Of a DNA stretch of 64,000 nucleotides, positions 13,688 to 23,677 are shown piece by piece. Within the stretch, counting starts at the first letter, position 1, and each line of letters begins with the position of its first letter. The notes under the pieces are model-generated. The model worked only from the letters and a program-made list of their open reading frames with translations, did no database searches and was not told the origin of the DNA. Source of the stretch: Amoebophrya sp. A120 (Eukaryota; Protista; Dinoflagellata); assembly GCA_905178155.1 (NCBI GenBank), contig CAJINV010000002.1, positions 8,017,224 through 8,081,223 on the forward strand, in the 5' to 3' direction. Both the position numbers and the translations under genes were made by a program.

Positions 13688-15982
13688 CTAAAATCTGGGT
13701 AACAGAATTTCGCGTTTCACAAAGTCGTACCCCACGTAGAAAGCCCGGTGAAAGGGCCGGCCTAAATACATGGCCTTTCGGTTGAGGGTATCCGACGGGT
13801 CATTAATTGTCCCGACGCAGTGGCGAAGTTGAACATGCTTCTTGCCTTTGCAGTAGCAGTAGTTCTTCGCATGCAGAACGTACCAATGCGTGTGAGACGA
13901 GGATTTTTGATTTGCGGAGGAACCGGAAGCTGGCACTTCGGTTCTTGCCCCCTCTCCTTCGTCCGCGCTTTCAGCAATCTCTTCCGTCAACTCGAATGCA
14001 ATGTCGGGACCGTCCTCGCATCGTTTACCATTCCCTTCCGTCAACTTCTTGAACTTTTTATCAAAAACCTCACGCAGGGGCGCCGCCAACATAATCCCCC
14101 CGTGGGCGGAATCCAGATGTAGCGAGTACCTTTTATCGGTGTATGTCGTTCTGCTCGGCTTCCGCGGGCGCAACTTCGTTTTTGCTTCCTCGCTTTTTCC
14201 GTTGATGCCGCCCTTGGTCGTGTCATACTCCCACTCGACGGAGGGTAAAACATCCGCCTGCAGGTGCTTCTCAGCGGAAAACTCGACCCCGGCCTCCGGC
14301 GCGAAAACGTCGTCCGCGGCATCGTAAATCGTGTTGCCGATGCGAATTTTGCTGGCCGCCAGGCTCCAGGACGGGCCGCGGAAGTCCAGTTTTTCCTTGA
14401 CGTATTCGTGCGAGGGTAGGTGTTGCTGTTCGCGGAGTGGCGTCCCACGGAACTGATACTCGTACGCTGAGCCATTCTCAGCGCCGTTCACCTCTTCATT
14501 TTCGGTTTTGTAGAGGTACCATCGCGCGAACGCCTTCAGCGCCATCTTGTGGTGCGCCGAACTTTGCTGCGCCGGGGTGCCCGGATCTCCGAGGGCGGAA
14601 AGCCCGCGGTCGCTGAGCAGTTGGGAGAGCAACTCGTCGTTCCGGATCGGCTCAGGCATCACCGGGAAGCGCCGCAGGCGGTCGGGAGCCGGCGAGGTGC
14701 CGAGTATAAAATGGGGCTTCTTCGACCAGCTCAGGCTGTCAGCGCTCCCGTTGACTGCGTAGCGTGCTGAAAACGCATCCGAATGTCCGGCGGGAACGGT
14801 AATATCGAAGCTGAACACTGTATTTTCCCTACCTTCCTCTATCGCGCCAAGGCGGAGCTGCTGGAGCACGTGCGCCGCCGCGTCCCGCGCGTGCAAATTG
14901 TTTGCTCCACCGTTCCGCTCGTCCCAAAATCCCAGCCCGAGAATACCGTGGAAGCCGCTCGGGTCGTCCGTCGGCTCCTCGATGTGCACAAAATTCAGCA
15001 CCCGCTCCCGGTCCGAGGCGCTCGGTGCCAAGGAAAGCGAGTAGCTGGGTACAGGCCACAATCCCTTTTTGTCGAATGCGGCGGGAGGCTCAGAATCGTT
15101 CCTTGGGCAAACGATCAATCGATCCAGCAACGCGTCAGGAAGTGACCGGCGCTGTCGGTAATGGGCAAGAATCTCTTCACGGGTGCAAAAACTGCTGTAG
15201 TAGGGAAATATTGACTTCTCCGGTTGGTAAAGAACCACCTTTGCCTCGTCCGCCAGTAGACGCCCCGGGGGAAACGATGTTCCGTCGTTATAAATATTCA
15301 CGGTCACTTTTTTGTCACCTGATAGTTTCTTCGCAACATGTGGTAGCGGATTCAGTTCCTTCTCCGTGGTGGAACGGAACTGCTCGCTCTCCTCCATGAT
15401 GAAGAAGTTCTGCGCGCCACAGCCCGTGCACAAGATCATCGCCCGGTTTTTAAAAGCATCTGGCCCAGTTCCAATGTCAACGCGCACCGACGCCTGGCCC
15501 GCGACCTGACCAGCAGTGTTGCGGTACCACGCGAACTGCATCGGCGCCTCGCGGTACAGCGGATCTCCCGCCGGAGATCTAGGACGCTCCAACGGCGGCT
15601 GCCTCTCCGCCAGTGTCAAGTGCGCCGATTTGGCGTTCAGAAGTTCTTGCACCGCAGCGCTCGGTGGGCTCTCTTCGTCCCCGACGGGGTCCGGAATGGA
15701 CTTGCGTGGCTCTGGTGCTCCTTCACTGCCGGTCTGCGCCGCCGCGGCCACCCAGTCTTCGTCCAGTTCAACCACCACTGTCCCTTGCGTAGTGGATCCC
15801 AAAACCACGCACGCAATGACCGCACCTACCGCAAGTAAAACTACGATGGATACAGTGATGATCACCCACAGGGCGCAGCACCCAATGCATGGCGTGGGGC
15901 GCTTCTCCTCGGGCATCTCGTCCTCGAATTCGTTATACGCTGGTAACAGCGCCCCGTCTTCGCCGTACTGCGGGTGCGGCAT
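13688..15982 (-). CDS. Tandem paralog of the aspartic protease with an altered catalytic dyad (CTG / DSA)
   Basis: Colinear with 9663-12464: DIGT..AMILCTG, GILGLGF, LHLDSA, YCYC, LGRPFHRAFYVGYD; N-terminal TM. Confidence 0.85.
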   Translation of the reverse strand: MPHPQYGEDGALLPAYNEFEDEMPEEKRPTPCIGCCALWVIITVSIVVLLAVGAVIACVVLGSTTQGTVVVELDEDWVAAAAQTGSEGAPEPRKSIPDPVGDEESPPSAAVQELLNAKSAHLTLAERQPPLERPRSPAGDPLYREAPMQFAWYRNTAGQVAGQASVRVDIGTGPDAFKNRAMILCTGCGAQNFFIMEESEQFRSTTEKELNPLPHVAKKLSGDKKVTVNIYNDGTSFPPGRLLADEAKVVLYQPEKSIFPYYSSFCTREEILAHYRQRRSLPDALLDRLIVCPRNDSEPPAAFDKKGLWPVPSYSLSLAPSASDRERVLNFVHIEEPTDDPSGFHGILGLGFWDERNGGANNLHARDAAAHVLQQLRLGAIEEGRENTVFSFDITVPAGHSDAFSARYAVNGSADSLSWSKKPHFILGTSPAPDRLRRFPVMPEPIRNDELLSQLLSDRGLSALGDPGTPAQQSSAHHKMALKAFARWYLYKTENEEVNGAENGSAYEYQFRGTPLREQQHLPSHEYVKEKLDFRGPSWSLAASKIRIGNTIYDAADDVFAPEAGVEFSAEKHLQADVLPSVEWEYDTTKGGINGKSEEAKTKLRPRKPSRTTYTDKRYSLHLDSAHGGIMLAAPLREVFDKKFKKLTEGNGKRCEDGPDIAFELTEEIAESADEGEGARTEVPASGSSANQKSSSHTHWYVLHAKNYCYCKGKKHVQLRHCVGTINDPSDTLNRKAMYLGRPFHRAFYVGYDFVKREILLPRF

Positions 15983-16781
15983 CTTTCTTGTTCGTTAGGA
16001 AAGATAGAAATGGTAATGAGGAAATAAAATGTTTTCTAGAAAGAGTAGATGAAAAAGAGAAGGGGTAAAGCACAGTTGTATCGGTTCCTACCACGAGCAC
16101 AAAGACGGGTGGCAACAAGGTATTCAAACCAGAATGGATTCGTGGCTACTTCTGCGAATAGCACCTCTCTGCTAGTAGTACTTCCAGACGGCTCAACATA
16201 TTCCAAGCGGGCCTGTCTGTGTCTTTGAGTCATGAAATGATGCCACTCTACTTGAACTAAAGCATTAGCGAAATCTTCGATCTTTCAGTATCAGTACTAG
16301 GCGTCCTTAGACAAACTATCGAGATCATCTCAATGCTAATAATGCTTCGAGCTGGATGTTGAGCCTCCGCGCTCGTGCCATAGAAACGCTAAAGAGGTGC
16401 AACTTTCTTGATCATCTCTGTTGCATAGACCAAGTTGAAACTGCTCTAAGGTCGTTTTTGATCTTTTCGCGTACTCAATTCTAGTCGGAACAATCAAGCG
16501 AACATCAACACATTCTTCGAAAATGACAAAGTACTCATGCGAGCGATTGGATCAGAGCCTACAAGAACTTCGCGCCAACAGGAGGCAGTTTTACTTTCAG
16601 ACTCAGATCTTGGATCCTCGTCGTTGCGGTGCTCTTTTGTCGCCTTTTCATCAAATATTTTCGTTTATTTCAACGGCTTGAAGAATGAATGTGTGTTATT
16701 GAGCGAAATTTGTAAAAACATGCTTCGCCACGACGACCAACCCAGTCGTCCTGACCGAAGCGGAACCGCGCAGTGCAAATT

Positions 16782-19202
16782 TCACTCAAACAGGCTGTCC
16801 CATTCGTCCAGGTTGTATTTCGATTCTGCCGCCTTACTGGTGTGGAAGTGGTCCCGCGACATTTCGCGCCACGTCTTGCCCTCTTGTTTTTTTCCGAGCA
16901 CGACCTGCTTTTTTCGCTTTTTCTTCCGGTTGTTCTCGATGCCGCTGTAGGCGTTGCCGTTGTTTGGGCCCCCGAAGAAGTCTTCCTCTCCCTCGTTGTC
17001 GTTCCACGCGTTGTTATTCTCGCCCCCGTCCTCCACCGCGCCATCGGTCAGCTGTTTCAGCTGAGACTCCGCCGCGAGCGCCTTGCGCTTCCGGGTGTTG
17101 TGCCGCTTCAGCGTGCGGTAGTGGATGTCTTCCAGCTCGTTCTTGTGCACCTCGTTCCAGACCGCCTTCTTCTTGGCCTGCTCCTCCTCGTCCAAAATGC
17201 AGTCCTCGTCGCAACTCACGTCCGACAGCGACTCCTCCACGATCTCGGCCAGCACCCGCGTGTCCGCTTTCTCGATCGCGTTTTCGAAATTCGAGGTGTC
17301 CGGGCTGGCGTCCTGCCAAAGGTCGTCCGACTCGAGGAAGTTCAGATTGTAGTTGTTTGTCGCGGAAGTAGATGAAGACGGGTTATTCATAACACCGCCG
17401 TTTGCAAGAGAAGTAGATGTTGTCGCTTTCATATTCTTACCCGCATGGCCACCAGTCAGAAGCTTTTCGTTTTCTTCCCTCTCCACCGAGTTGTAGAAGT
17501 CCTCCGCAGCTCTTTGGAAGGAGAGGTTGTTGTTCAGCACGATATCGCTCTTTTTCTTCTCGTCTTCCGACATAAGGAGCTTCTTCAGTTCCGGCGCCAT
17601 CTTCTCCAGCCCCTCGCCAGTCGGAAACTGAAACCGGAAGTCGCTACTCTGCTGATCAACCTCGGGGTGACCATGGTTTGCGCCGTTTCGCCCGCCTGTA
17701 AGAGGATCATCTCCTGCACGACCTGCGGCTTCATTGTCGACCGCAAACAAATCGTCCTCCTCGTCCACAATTTGTTCGTCGTCGTGCGCACTGTTATTTG
17801 CTAGCGGGTTTACATTGACTCTGGACCCGGTACTTGACGAACTGCTGCTGCCCCCGATCTGCTCATTCGGCCGGGCTTTTTGCCGCTGTTGCGAGGAACT
17901 GTCGCCGTTATTTTCCTCAACATCAGACGAGGTGGTGGTTCCGATGGATGAGCTGTCCAAGAGCACACCCGCTGTTTCTTTGTCCATCAGTGGTTGTTTC
18001 GTTTTGATGTCCTTTTTCCCCCTTTCCCCCTGTGTGATCGCGAGCGTCAGTGACTGGTCGCTAACCGGCAGCGCTTTGAGGCCGCTGTCCGTGGCGGCCT
18101 TCTGCTTGGGCTTGGTGCAGGGCGGAAGGCAGAGCGAAATCTTCGGCTCGTTCTGGTCCGCGTTCATGATTTCGGTGCGGGTCATGCCCGCCATGGTAGT
18201 CTGCCGCATCTCGTACAATCGTTTTCGCAGCGTCGTTTCCGCCATCATCACCACTTTCGCCACGTCCTCAGGGTCGCGTTCGAATTGGTGCCACCGGCAG
18301 GCAACCAGGAGGGCGGCACCGCAAAGACCTGAGATAATCATAATTTGAATATGTTGAGAAATAATTATCCACTCTTCTTCTTCGAAGTAGTAGTGCCATG
18401 AAAAGAACAAGACGCAAAACGTTTTTTGCGAGGCTCGAACTGCTTGACTTTTCTTGCATGACTTTGCATAAGGATGAGTCACGCAAAACAGCACGCAAAA
18501 GTACTTACCTGTCGGCCTCCGGCCCTCCTGCAGCCAGTCGCGCTTCATTTGCTGGACCAAGCGGCAAGCGGTGGTTGCCACGTCGGACACGCGATCGCCC
18601 AAATCCAGCTTGTGCGCGAACCGCTCCATGAACAACGACGGGTCGACGATCGGCACGGCGACTAGCTCGTCGTATTGCAATATCGCAACCAATTTAATGT
18701 ACGTCTGCCCGATGTCCCGCACCGTGAACTCGCACGCGTCGGAGAAGTCGATCAACAGGTGCGGGCTGCGGTTGCTCCGGCACACAATGTACAGGCACGC
18801 CGCGCACACCAGCATGGACTTCCGCCCGCGATTGAACTGTTTGTCCAGCGCCAGCCCGAAAATCCGCAGCGCCTGCTCCTGGTGCGCGTTGTGGATGCGG
18901 AGCTTGGAGGCGAAGCCCTCGACGTTTTTCTTCGCCTTCGCCAGCGTCAGCTCCCGGGACCCGCGCGTCGCCGTGGAGATCGCCTGCGCGCCCGTGCCCC
19001 ACGTGATCGACTGCCCGACCACCTGCTTCTTGCCGCCAGCGCCCTCCTGGAACCCCACCTCTGCGACCAGCCGGTTCTCCTGGACAACCGCGCCGCACCC
19101 AAGGCAGGTCAGGTCGCCGGAGAAGGGGTCAATGGTCAGGTCATTGCTGTAGCAGTGCGGGCAGGACTGCGGCTCCTCGTCCTCGAAATTATAGCCCGAC
19201 AT
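16782..19202 (-). CDS. BRF1: TFIIIB subunit BRF1 (TFIIB-related)
   Basis: Zn ribbon CPHC..CLGCG, cyclin repeats (AACLYIVCR..PHLLIDFSD, VDPSLFMERF, MKRDW..GRRP..LCGAALL), C-terminal ILDEEE..KK.VW homology block. Confidence 0.92.
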   Translation of the reverse strand: MSGYNFEDEEPQSCPHCYSNDLTIDPFSGDLTCLGCGAVVQENRLVAEVGFQEGAGGKKQVVGQSITWGTGAQAISTATRGSRELTLAKAKKNVEGFASKLRIHNAHQEQALRIFGLALDKQFNRGRKSMLVCAACLYIVCRSNRSPHLLIDFSDACEFTVRDIGQTYIKLVAILQYDELVAVPIVDPSLFMERFAHKLDLGDRVSDVATTACRLVQQMKRDWLQEGRRPTGKYFCVLFCVTHPYAKSCKKSQAVRASQKTFCVLFFSWHYYFEEEEWIIISQHIQIMIISGLCGAALLVACRWHQFERDPEDVAKVVMMAETTLRKRLYEMRQTTMAGMTRTEIMNADQNEPKISLCLPPCTKPKQKAATDSGLKALPVSDQSLTLAITQGERGKKDIKTKQPLMDKETAGVLLDSSSIGTTTSSDVEENNGDSSSQQRQKARPNEQIGGSSSSSSTGSRVNVNPLANNSAHDDEQIVDEEDDLFAVDNEAAGRAGDDPLTGGRNGANHGHPEVDQQSSDFRFQFPTGEGLEKMAPELKKLLMSEDEKKKSDIVLNNNLSFQRAAEDFYNSVEREENEKLLTGGHAGKNMKATTSTSLANGGVMNNPSSSTSATNNYNLNFLESDDLWQDASPDTSNFENAIEKADTRVLAEIVEESLSDVSCDEDCILDEEEQAKKKAVWNEVHKNELEDIHYRTLKRHNTRKRKALAAESQLKQLTDGAVEDGGENNNAWNDNEGEEDFFGGPNNGNAYSGIENNRKKKRKKQVVLGKKQEGKTWREMSRDHFHTSKAAESKYNLDEWDSLFE
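18329..18508 (-). other. Canonical GT-AG intron in BRF1, 180 nt, in frame and stop-free
   Basis: gtaagt...tctcag interrupts the conserved GRRPT-GLCGAA. Confidence 0.85.
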
Positions 19203-20146
19203 GGAGGTTTGCGTGTGCCGGAAAAAGGTTCTTTATACGTATGGAATAACTCAGTTCTTGCCGCGCTTCATATTTTTACTTGTAAAAAAAAGTGTTGCTA
19301 TGATGTCCTCTGTCGAAGTTGTACTTCTACTGACCAGGCTAAAGGTATCTATCGACTCTTTGTCTTTTAGAAAAAAAAACTACTTTGAAAATTTCATGTC
19401 ACTTCGCGTTTTTTGTCGTCGAACGAACCTGTTGTGAAAAATATTCTCAAGAAAAAATGGGTCGGGAAAGAAATCAGATCTTTACAAAGATCTTTTTTGT
19501 CCGGTGGAATTAGGAATGCTAATGCCGCACGAACGTGAGAAAGATGCAAGGGTAGGTAAAGCGTCAGCAATTTGGATGAGTTCTCGTTGTATAATCGAGA
19601 TATTCATCGACAGGATCAAAAAAATGGGGAAAGATATGCTCTGGGGATCAATGTTCTCAGGACCTTCGAGTCACTTTTTCAAAAACCATCTTCGGCGAAA
19701 AGGCGCAATTTGCATTTCACGGATCGTCTTCGGAGAAGATCACATTTGGAAAGTTTCTTTCTCTGCGGCAGGACAACTGCAGCGCTGTTTTGTGACCGAG
19801 GTTTTTTTCTTTCCAATGCCGCCGCGCAAAAAACGCTGTAGTCAAGATCCAGTCGCGAACACGACGCAGTTTTTTCGGGCAAAGTGATATTGTATACCAC
19901 TGCTAGCACGACGTGCCTACATTTCTCCATCTGGGTTGACCTTTAATACAGTGCCATTTCGTTTGACGCTTGTCGATTTCATACAATCTGCTACACAGGG
20001 CTACACGAAGATATTACATCCACGGGCGTGTGTACTTAGCGATCGAAAATGATCTGTGTGGTTTTTACAACAGCGAGTTTTTTTATACCAAAAGCTTTGA
20101 AACCAGTTTTATTATTTTCATACATGTAAAACTCTTTCCACCCCCG

Positions 20147-21298
20147 TCATGCCACGAACTGGCACACGTTTTTCATGGCTTCCTTTTGCCGTTCGCGGAA
20201 TACTTTGTACCTTCTCCACTTTGTCTTCACGTCCGTCCGGTCCGAAAACAGGTAGGTGGAAGACATTTCCTCTTTCCCCTGACGCCCCACCTCCTCGACA
20301 AAATTGTTGCCGCAGAGGTACTTGGCCAGGCTGTAGTATTTCTCCCCCTGATCGGTTTCGCCCGCAAAAGCCAACGTTTTCTTGTTGCTGGGTTTTGAGC
20401 CGTCCCCGATTCGGTACAGCAGCCACTCATACTTCTGCTCAAACACTTCCTGCGTCTCGAAGTCCACCGTGTAGGTCATCTGCCACCCCGGCTCCAGCAG
20501 TTCCAGCAGCAGATCGCTCATGTGGTAGTGCGCGGTGGCGATGCGGTCGGTGGTCCAGGTGGTCATCAGGTTCCACCCCGCCACGTCCGGCGGGTTGAAG
20601 GGTACCATGTCCAACTTGTTCAACACAGTCTGGCACTTGTCGTGGTCCAGCACGCCCTGCGCGACCAAGCTGTTGGTCGGCCGCCAGTCCTGCACCGCGC
20701 CCATCACCATCGCGAACGGCCACCGCGTTTTCTCCCCCAGCGTGTCGTAGAAGTGCTGTGCTTGTCGCGGAAGATGTGTTCCAGCGCGAAGGTCACGTCG
20801 TAGTTGTGGTCGTACAAGTGGTTGCCGCACGCCACCACTTCCAGCGCGAAAGGCGTTTGCAGCAATGCCGTGCCCAGCAGCGGGTTCTCTGCCGCGGAAT
20901 CGTCGGCGGTGAGCCCGAACTCCCGGTGCAGCTTCTCGCAGAGAAACAGCGCGGCTTGGGGGGGCAAACTGCTGGACGCGCGGTAGTCCAAGATCCGGTC
21001 CACCACCAGCTTCTGTTCCGCGAGCGTGAGCGTCCAGGGCATCTCGCTGCTGGTGAAGATCAGCCCCGGGCTCATCAAGTCCAGATTCGCGGTCTCGTAG
21101 TCCTCCTTGCAGTTCGACAAGCCCTTCGACAACCGCTTGATATCCGACTCCGTGTGGCCCCGCAACCCGACCGTGAACCGCTCCAGCCACTCGCGGGCGA
21201 AGTTTTCGATGGGCGCCACCCCGCAGTCGGGAACGATCAGCTGGTCGAGGGACTTGCGGAGCGCCGGAGACAGGGCGGGGGCCGGAGACCGGGCAGGG
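20147..21298 (-). CDS. Unknown protein (3' exon); reading frame broken by a 5-bp tandem duplication at 20753-20762
   Basis: GC3-rich frame LDQLIVPDCG...HIFRDKH switches to FYDTLGEK...CQFVA*; deleting one GTGCT restores DKH|FYD. Confidence 0.65.
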   Translation of the reverse strand, partial: PCPVSGPRPVSGAPQVPRPADRSRLRGGAHRKLRPRVAGAVHGRVAGPHGVGYQAVVEGLVELQGGLRDRESGLDEPGADLHQQRDALDAHARGTEAGGGPDLGLPRVQQFAPPSRAVSLREAAPGVRAHRRRFRGREPAAGHGIAANAFRAGSGGVRQPLVRPQLRRDLRAGTHLPRQAQHFYDTLGEKTRWPFAMVMGAVQDWRPTNSLVAQGVLDHDKCQTVLNKLDMVPFNPPDVAGWNLMTTWTTDRIATAHYHMSDLLLELLEPGWQMTYTVDFETQEVFEQKYEWLLYRIGDGSKPSNKKTLAFAGETDQGEKYYSLAKYLCGNNFVEEVGRQGKEEMSSTYLFSDRTDVKTKWRRYKVFRERQKEAMKNVCQFVA

Positions 21299-21998
21299 GC
21301 CGCCAAAAGATGGCCACCCGGACGCGCGGACCGCCAGAAGATGGTGACCCGGACGCGCGGACCGCCAGAAGATGGCCACCCGGACGCGCCGACCGGCAAT
21401 ATAGGGCCATCCGGACGCGCTGACCGCAAATATAGGGCCATCCGGACGCGCGGACCGCCAATATAGGGCCATCCGGGCGCGCGGACCGCCAAAATATGCC
21501 CATGTGGACGCGCCGACCGCCAAAATATCCCTGTCTCGACGCCTGGACCGCGAAAATATGCCTGTCTGGACGCCTGGACCGCCAAAATATGACCATCCGA
21601 ACGCATGGACCGTTAAAATATCACTATCTCGGTGCACGGGCCGCCAAAATCCGGTCACCTGGACGCGCGGACGGCCAAAATGTGGCCATCATGACGCGCA
21701 GATCGTCAAAATCTGGTCATCCGGACGCGCATACCGCTCAAAGTTGGTCATCCGGACACATTGATTACCAACATATGGCCATCCGGAGGCATCGACCACC
21801 AAAATATGGTGATCGGGACGCAGAGAGCGCCAAAATATGGTCAGTGAGACGCGACTCCTGCCAATATATGGCAGGCAACGCCACCAACTTTCAAGGTTTT
21901 ACGTTTTATAGCCATAGGCTACTGATATTTTGTGCAATGAAGCCGCCAACTGGCAAGATTTTACAGGGTGGCGTAGCTACCTAGTAAGATTTGGCATC
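21299..21998. repeat. ~30-bp tandem satellite (ggacgcgcggaccgccaaaatatggccatcc), decaying rightward
   Basis: Visible periodic units from 21299 to ~21870, more degenerate to ~21998. Confidence 0.9.
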
Positions 21999-22004
21999 AG
22001 TGGG

Positions 22005-22399
22005 TCCGTGGCAGCAGCTGTCAAGCTGCTTTGCGGGCCACTATTGTAAATCGTAGACTACCCCAGCTGTTTAGGTTTCCAATAGCCGCCTTTCGTTGTT
22101 TGTCTGAGCGAATTCGGTAGTTCGTGAAATAAGCGCAGGGGCTTCGTGGTGGGATCGTGGGAATCGTACGCGATGCAATTCGTTGATGAGAATCAAGAGA
22201 AAGAAAGAGAAAGAAGAGAAAGAAAAGAGGAGGGACCTACTCTGATGATGATGATGAATGGGCCTCGTTTGGAACTTTCCCACCATAGTGGTGAGCTCGG
22301 GAGAGCTCTTTTTGTTTTGGAATAAAATGAAAGAACTGAAGCGAATACCATGCGGCTTCGCGATTCTGGTCGCCGGATGTTCTAGATCGTTCGCAAAGT
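22005..22399. repeat. Outer direct repeat A1
   Basis: Near-identical to 30747-31093 apart from a few transitions and a 48-bp insertion. Confidence 0.92.
22042..22084. mobile_element. 43-bp mini inverted-repeat element (TATTG...CAATA) with GCCAC/GCCGC duplication
   Basis: Present in A1; absent from A2, which has a single GCCAC at 30779-83. Confidence 0.8.
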
Positions 22400-22475
22400 T
22401 ATGAGCCCAGTCCAGTCGATCGGGAGATCACGACGAGCAGGCTCCAGCCCAGTGCAGTCGGGAGACCACGACGAG

Positions 22476-22632
22476 TACATAGGCGAGGTGCGAGATCTTG
22501 GCTTTATAGCTAGCGCGCCTCAAACTCGTATAGCCTCACTGTTCTCGTGCTGTAGTAGCAAACATGCGTAGAGCGCTGTAACGCGCTCAGGGTAGCAGGA
22601 CTCGATCGCGACGATCGTATCGTCGTTTTCTT
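22476..22632. repeat. Split direct repeat B1 (157 bp)
   Basis: Matches 23504-23660 with one mismatch seen. Confidence 0.95.
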
Positions 22633-23333
22633 GTCTGGCAGTCTGGTCGTCTGTCCCCACTGCAGATCCTACGCCTCCTTCGTCGGCGCAGGTCGCCGCT
22701 GGCTTGTTGCCAAGCGTAGTTAGCTTCTTGTAGGAAGCGTGTGTTGTCCAAGGAGGGTAGAGCACATGTGTGCAGGTGTGTGTCAGTAGTAGTAGGTGCG
22801 AAAGTCACCAGTCAGCGCCAGTAGCGCTCTTTGTGCATACGTTGTTGCAGTGCAAAGTGCACACGTACCGCGTCAAGACAGTTCCGCGCCCGTGTAAGAG
22901 GCAGGCCCAGTAGGATGGGCAAAGCGGATGTAGCTGCGGACCACGGCGTCGGCGCTGCTGCTCGGCGGGTCGGTCGTTCTCTGTCTAGGCAGAGATCACC
23001 CCGCTTAGTGGTGCGCTCCCGGATGGTTGACTTGTTGCTGTTGCGACCTAGTCGCGACAGCAGCAAGTGCGGTGGAGAGCTGTTGATCGACCCAGTCGAG
23101 CAGCAGTGCTTCACGCCTGTAGCGTATAGCTGGACCAGTAGGTCACACCGGCAAAAGAGTCACAGTGCAGACTCTTAGACGCCCGCAGCATAATTGTGCC
23201 AAGTTCGTTTGTCAGTGCGATTGCGAGGTCAACCACGCTCCCCTTGCGCTCTTCGTCGAGCGGTGGTGGCGGCTGTTCGTATGCGCCTCGGTCGGCGCCC
23301 TCTCCTTGAGTGCGGAGAGCTTTGGTGGCAAAA

Positions 23334-23660
23334 GGGCCGCCCACCACCTTTTCATGTCAAAGAGCGACTTGAGAGACGCGTGTAGTTGTGCCTACCGCGC
23401 ACGCCGTGTGAGTGTCTGCGCGTCGCGATCGCACTTGGGGCCAGAAGGTCGTGTGCATAGTATCCACGTGTGACGAAACTGAGAGCGCTGCCCAGATATA
23501 AAATACATAGGCGAGGTGCGAGATCTTGGCTTTATAGCTAGCGCGCCTCAAACTCGTATAGCCTCACTGTTCTCGTGCTGTAGTAGCAAACATGCGTAGA
23601 GCGCTGTAACGCGCTCAGGGTAGCAGGACTCGATCTCGACGATCGTATCGTCGTTTTCTT
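23334..23660. repeat. Internal junction copy C1 (23334-23503) fused to B2 (23504-23660)
   Basis: ...cccagatataaaa|tacataggcgagg... reproduces the element 3' end joined to its 5' end. Confidence 0.93.
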
Positions 23661-23677
23661 TCCCACCCGCCCACGCC

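Noticed and set aside
21299-21900. Regular ~30-bp repeats as a CRISPR array
   Set aside because: Units are contiguous with no unique spacers, there are no cas genes, and the context is eukaryotic
21237-21984. Repetitive ORFs (AIFWRSARPG..., N-terminus of the 503-aa ORF)
   Set aside because: Translations of the 30-bp satellite, open in several frames
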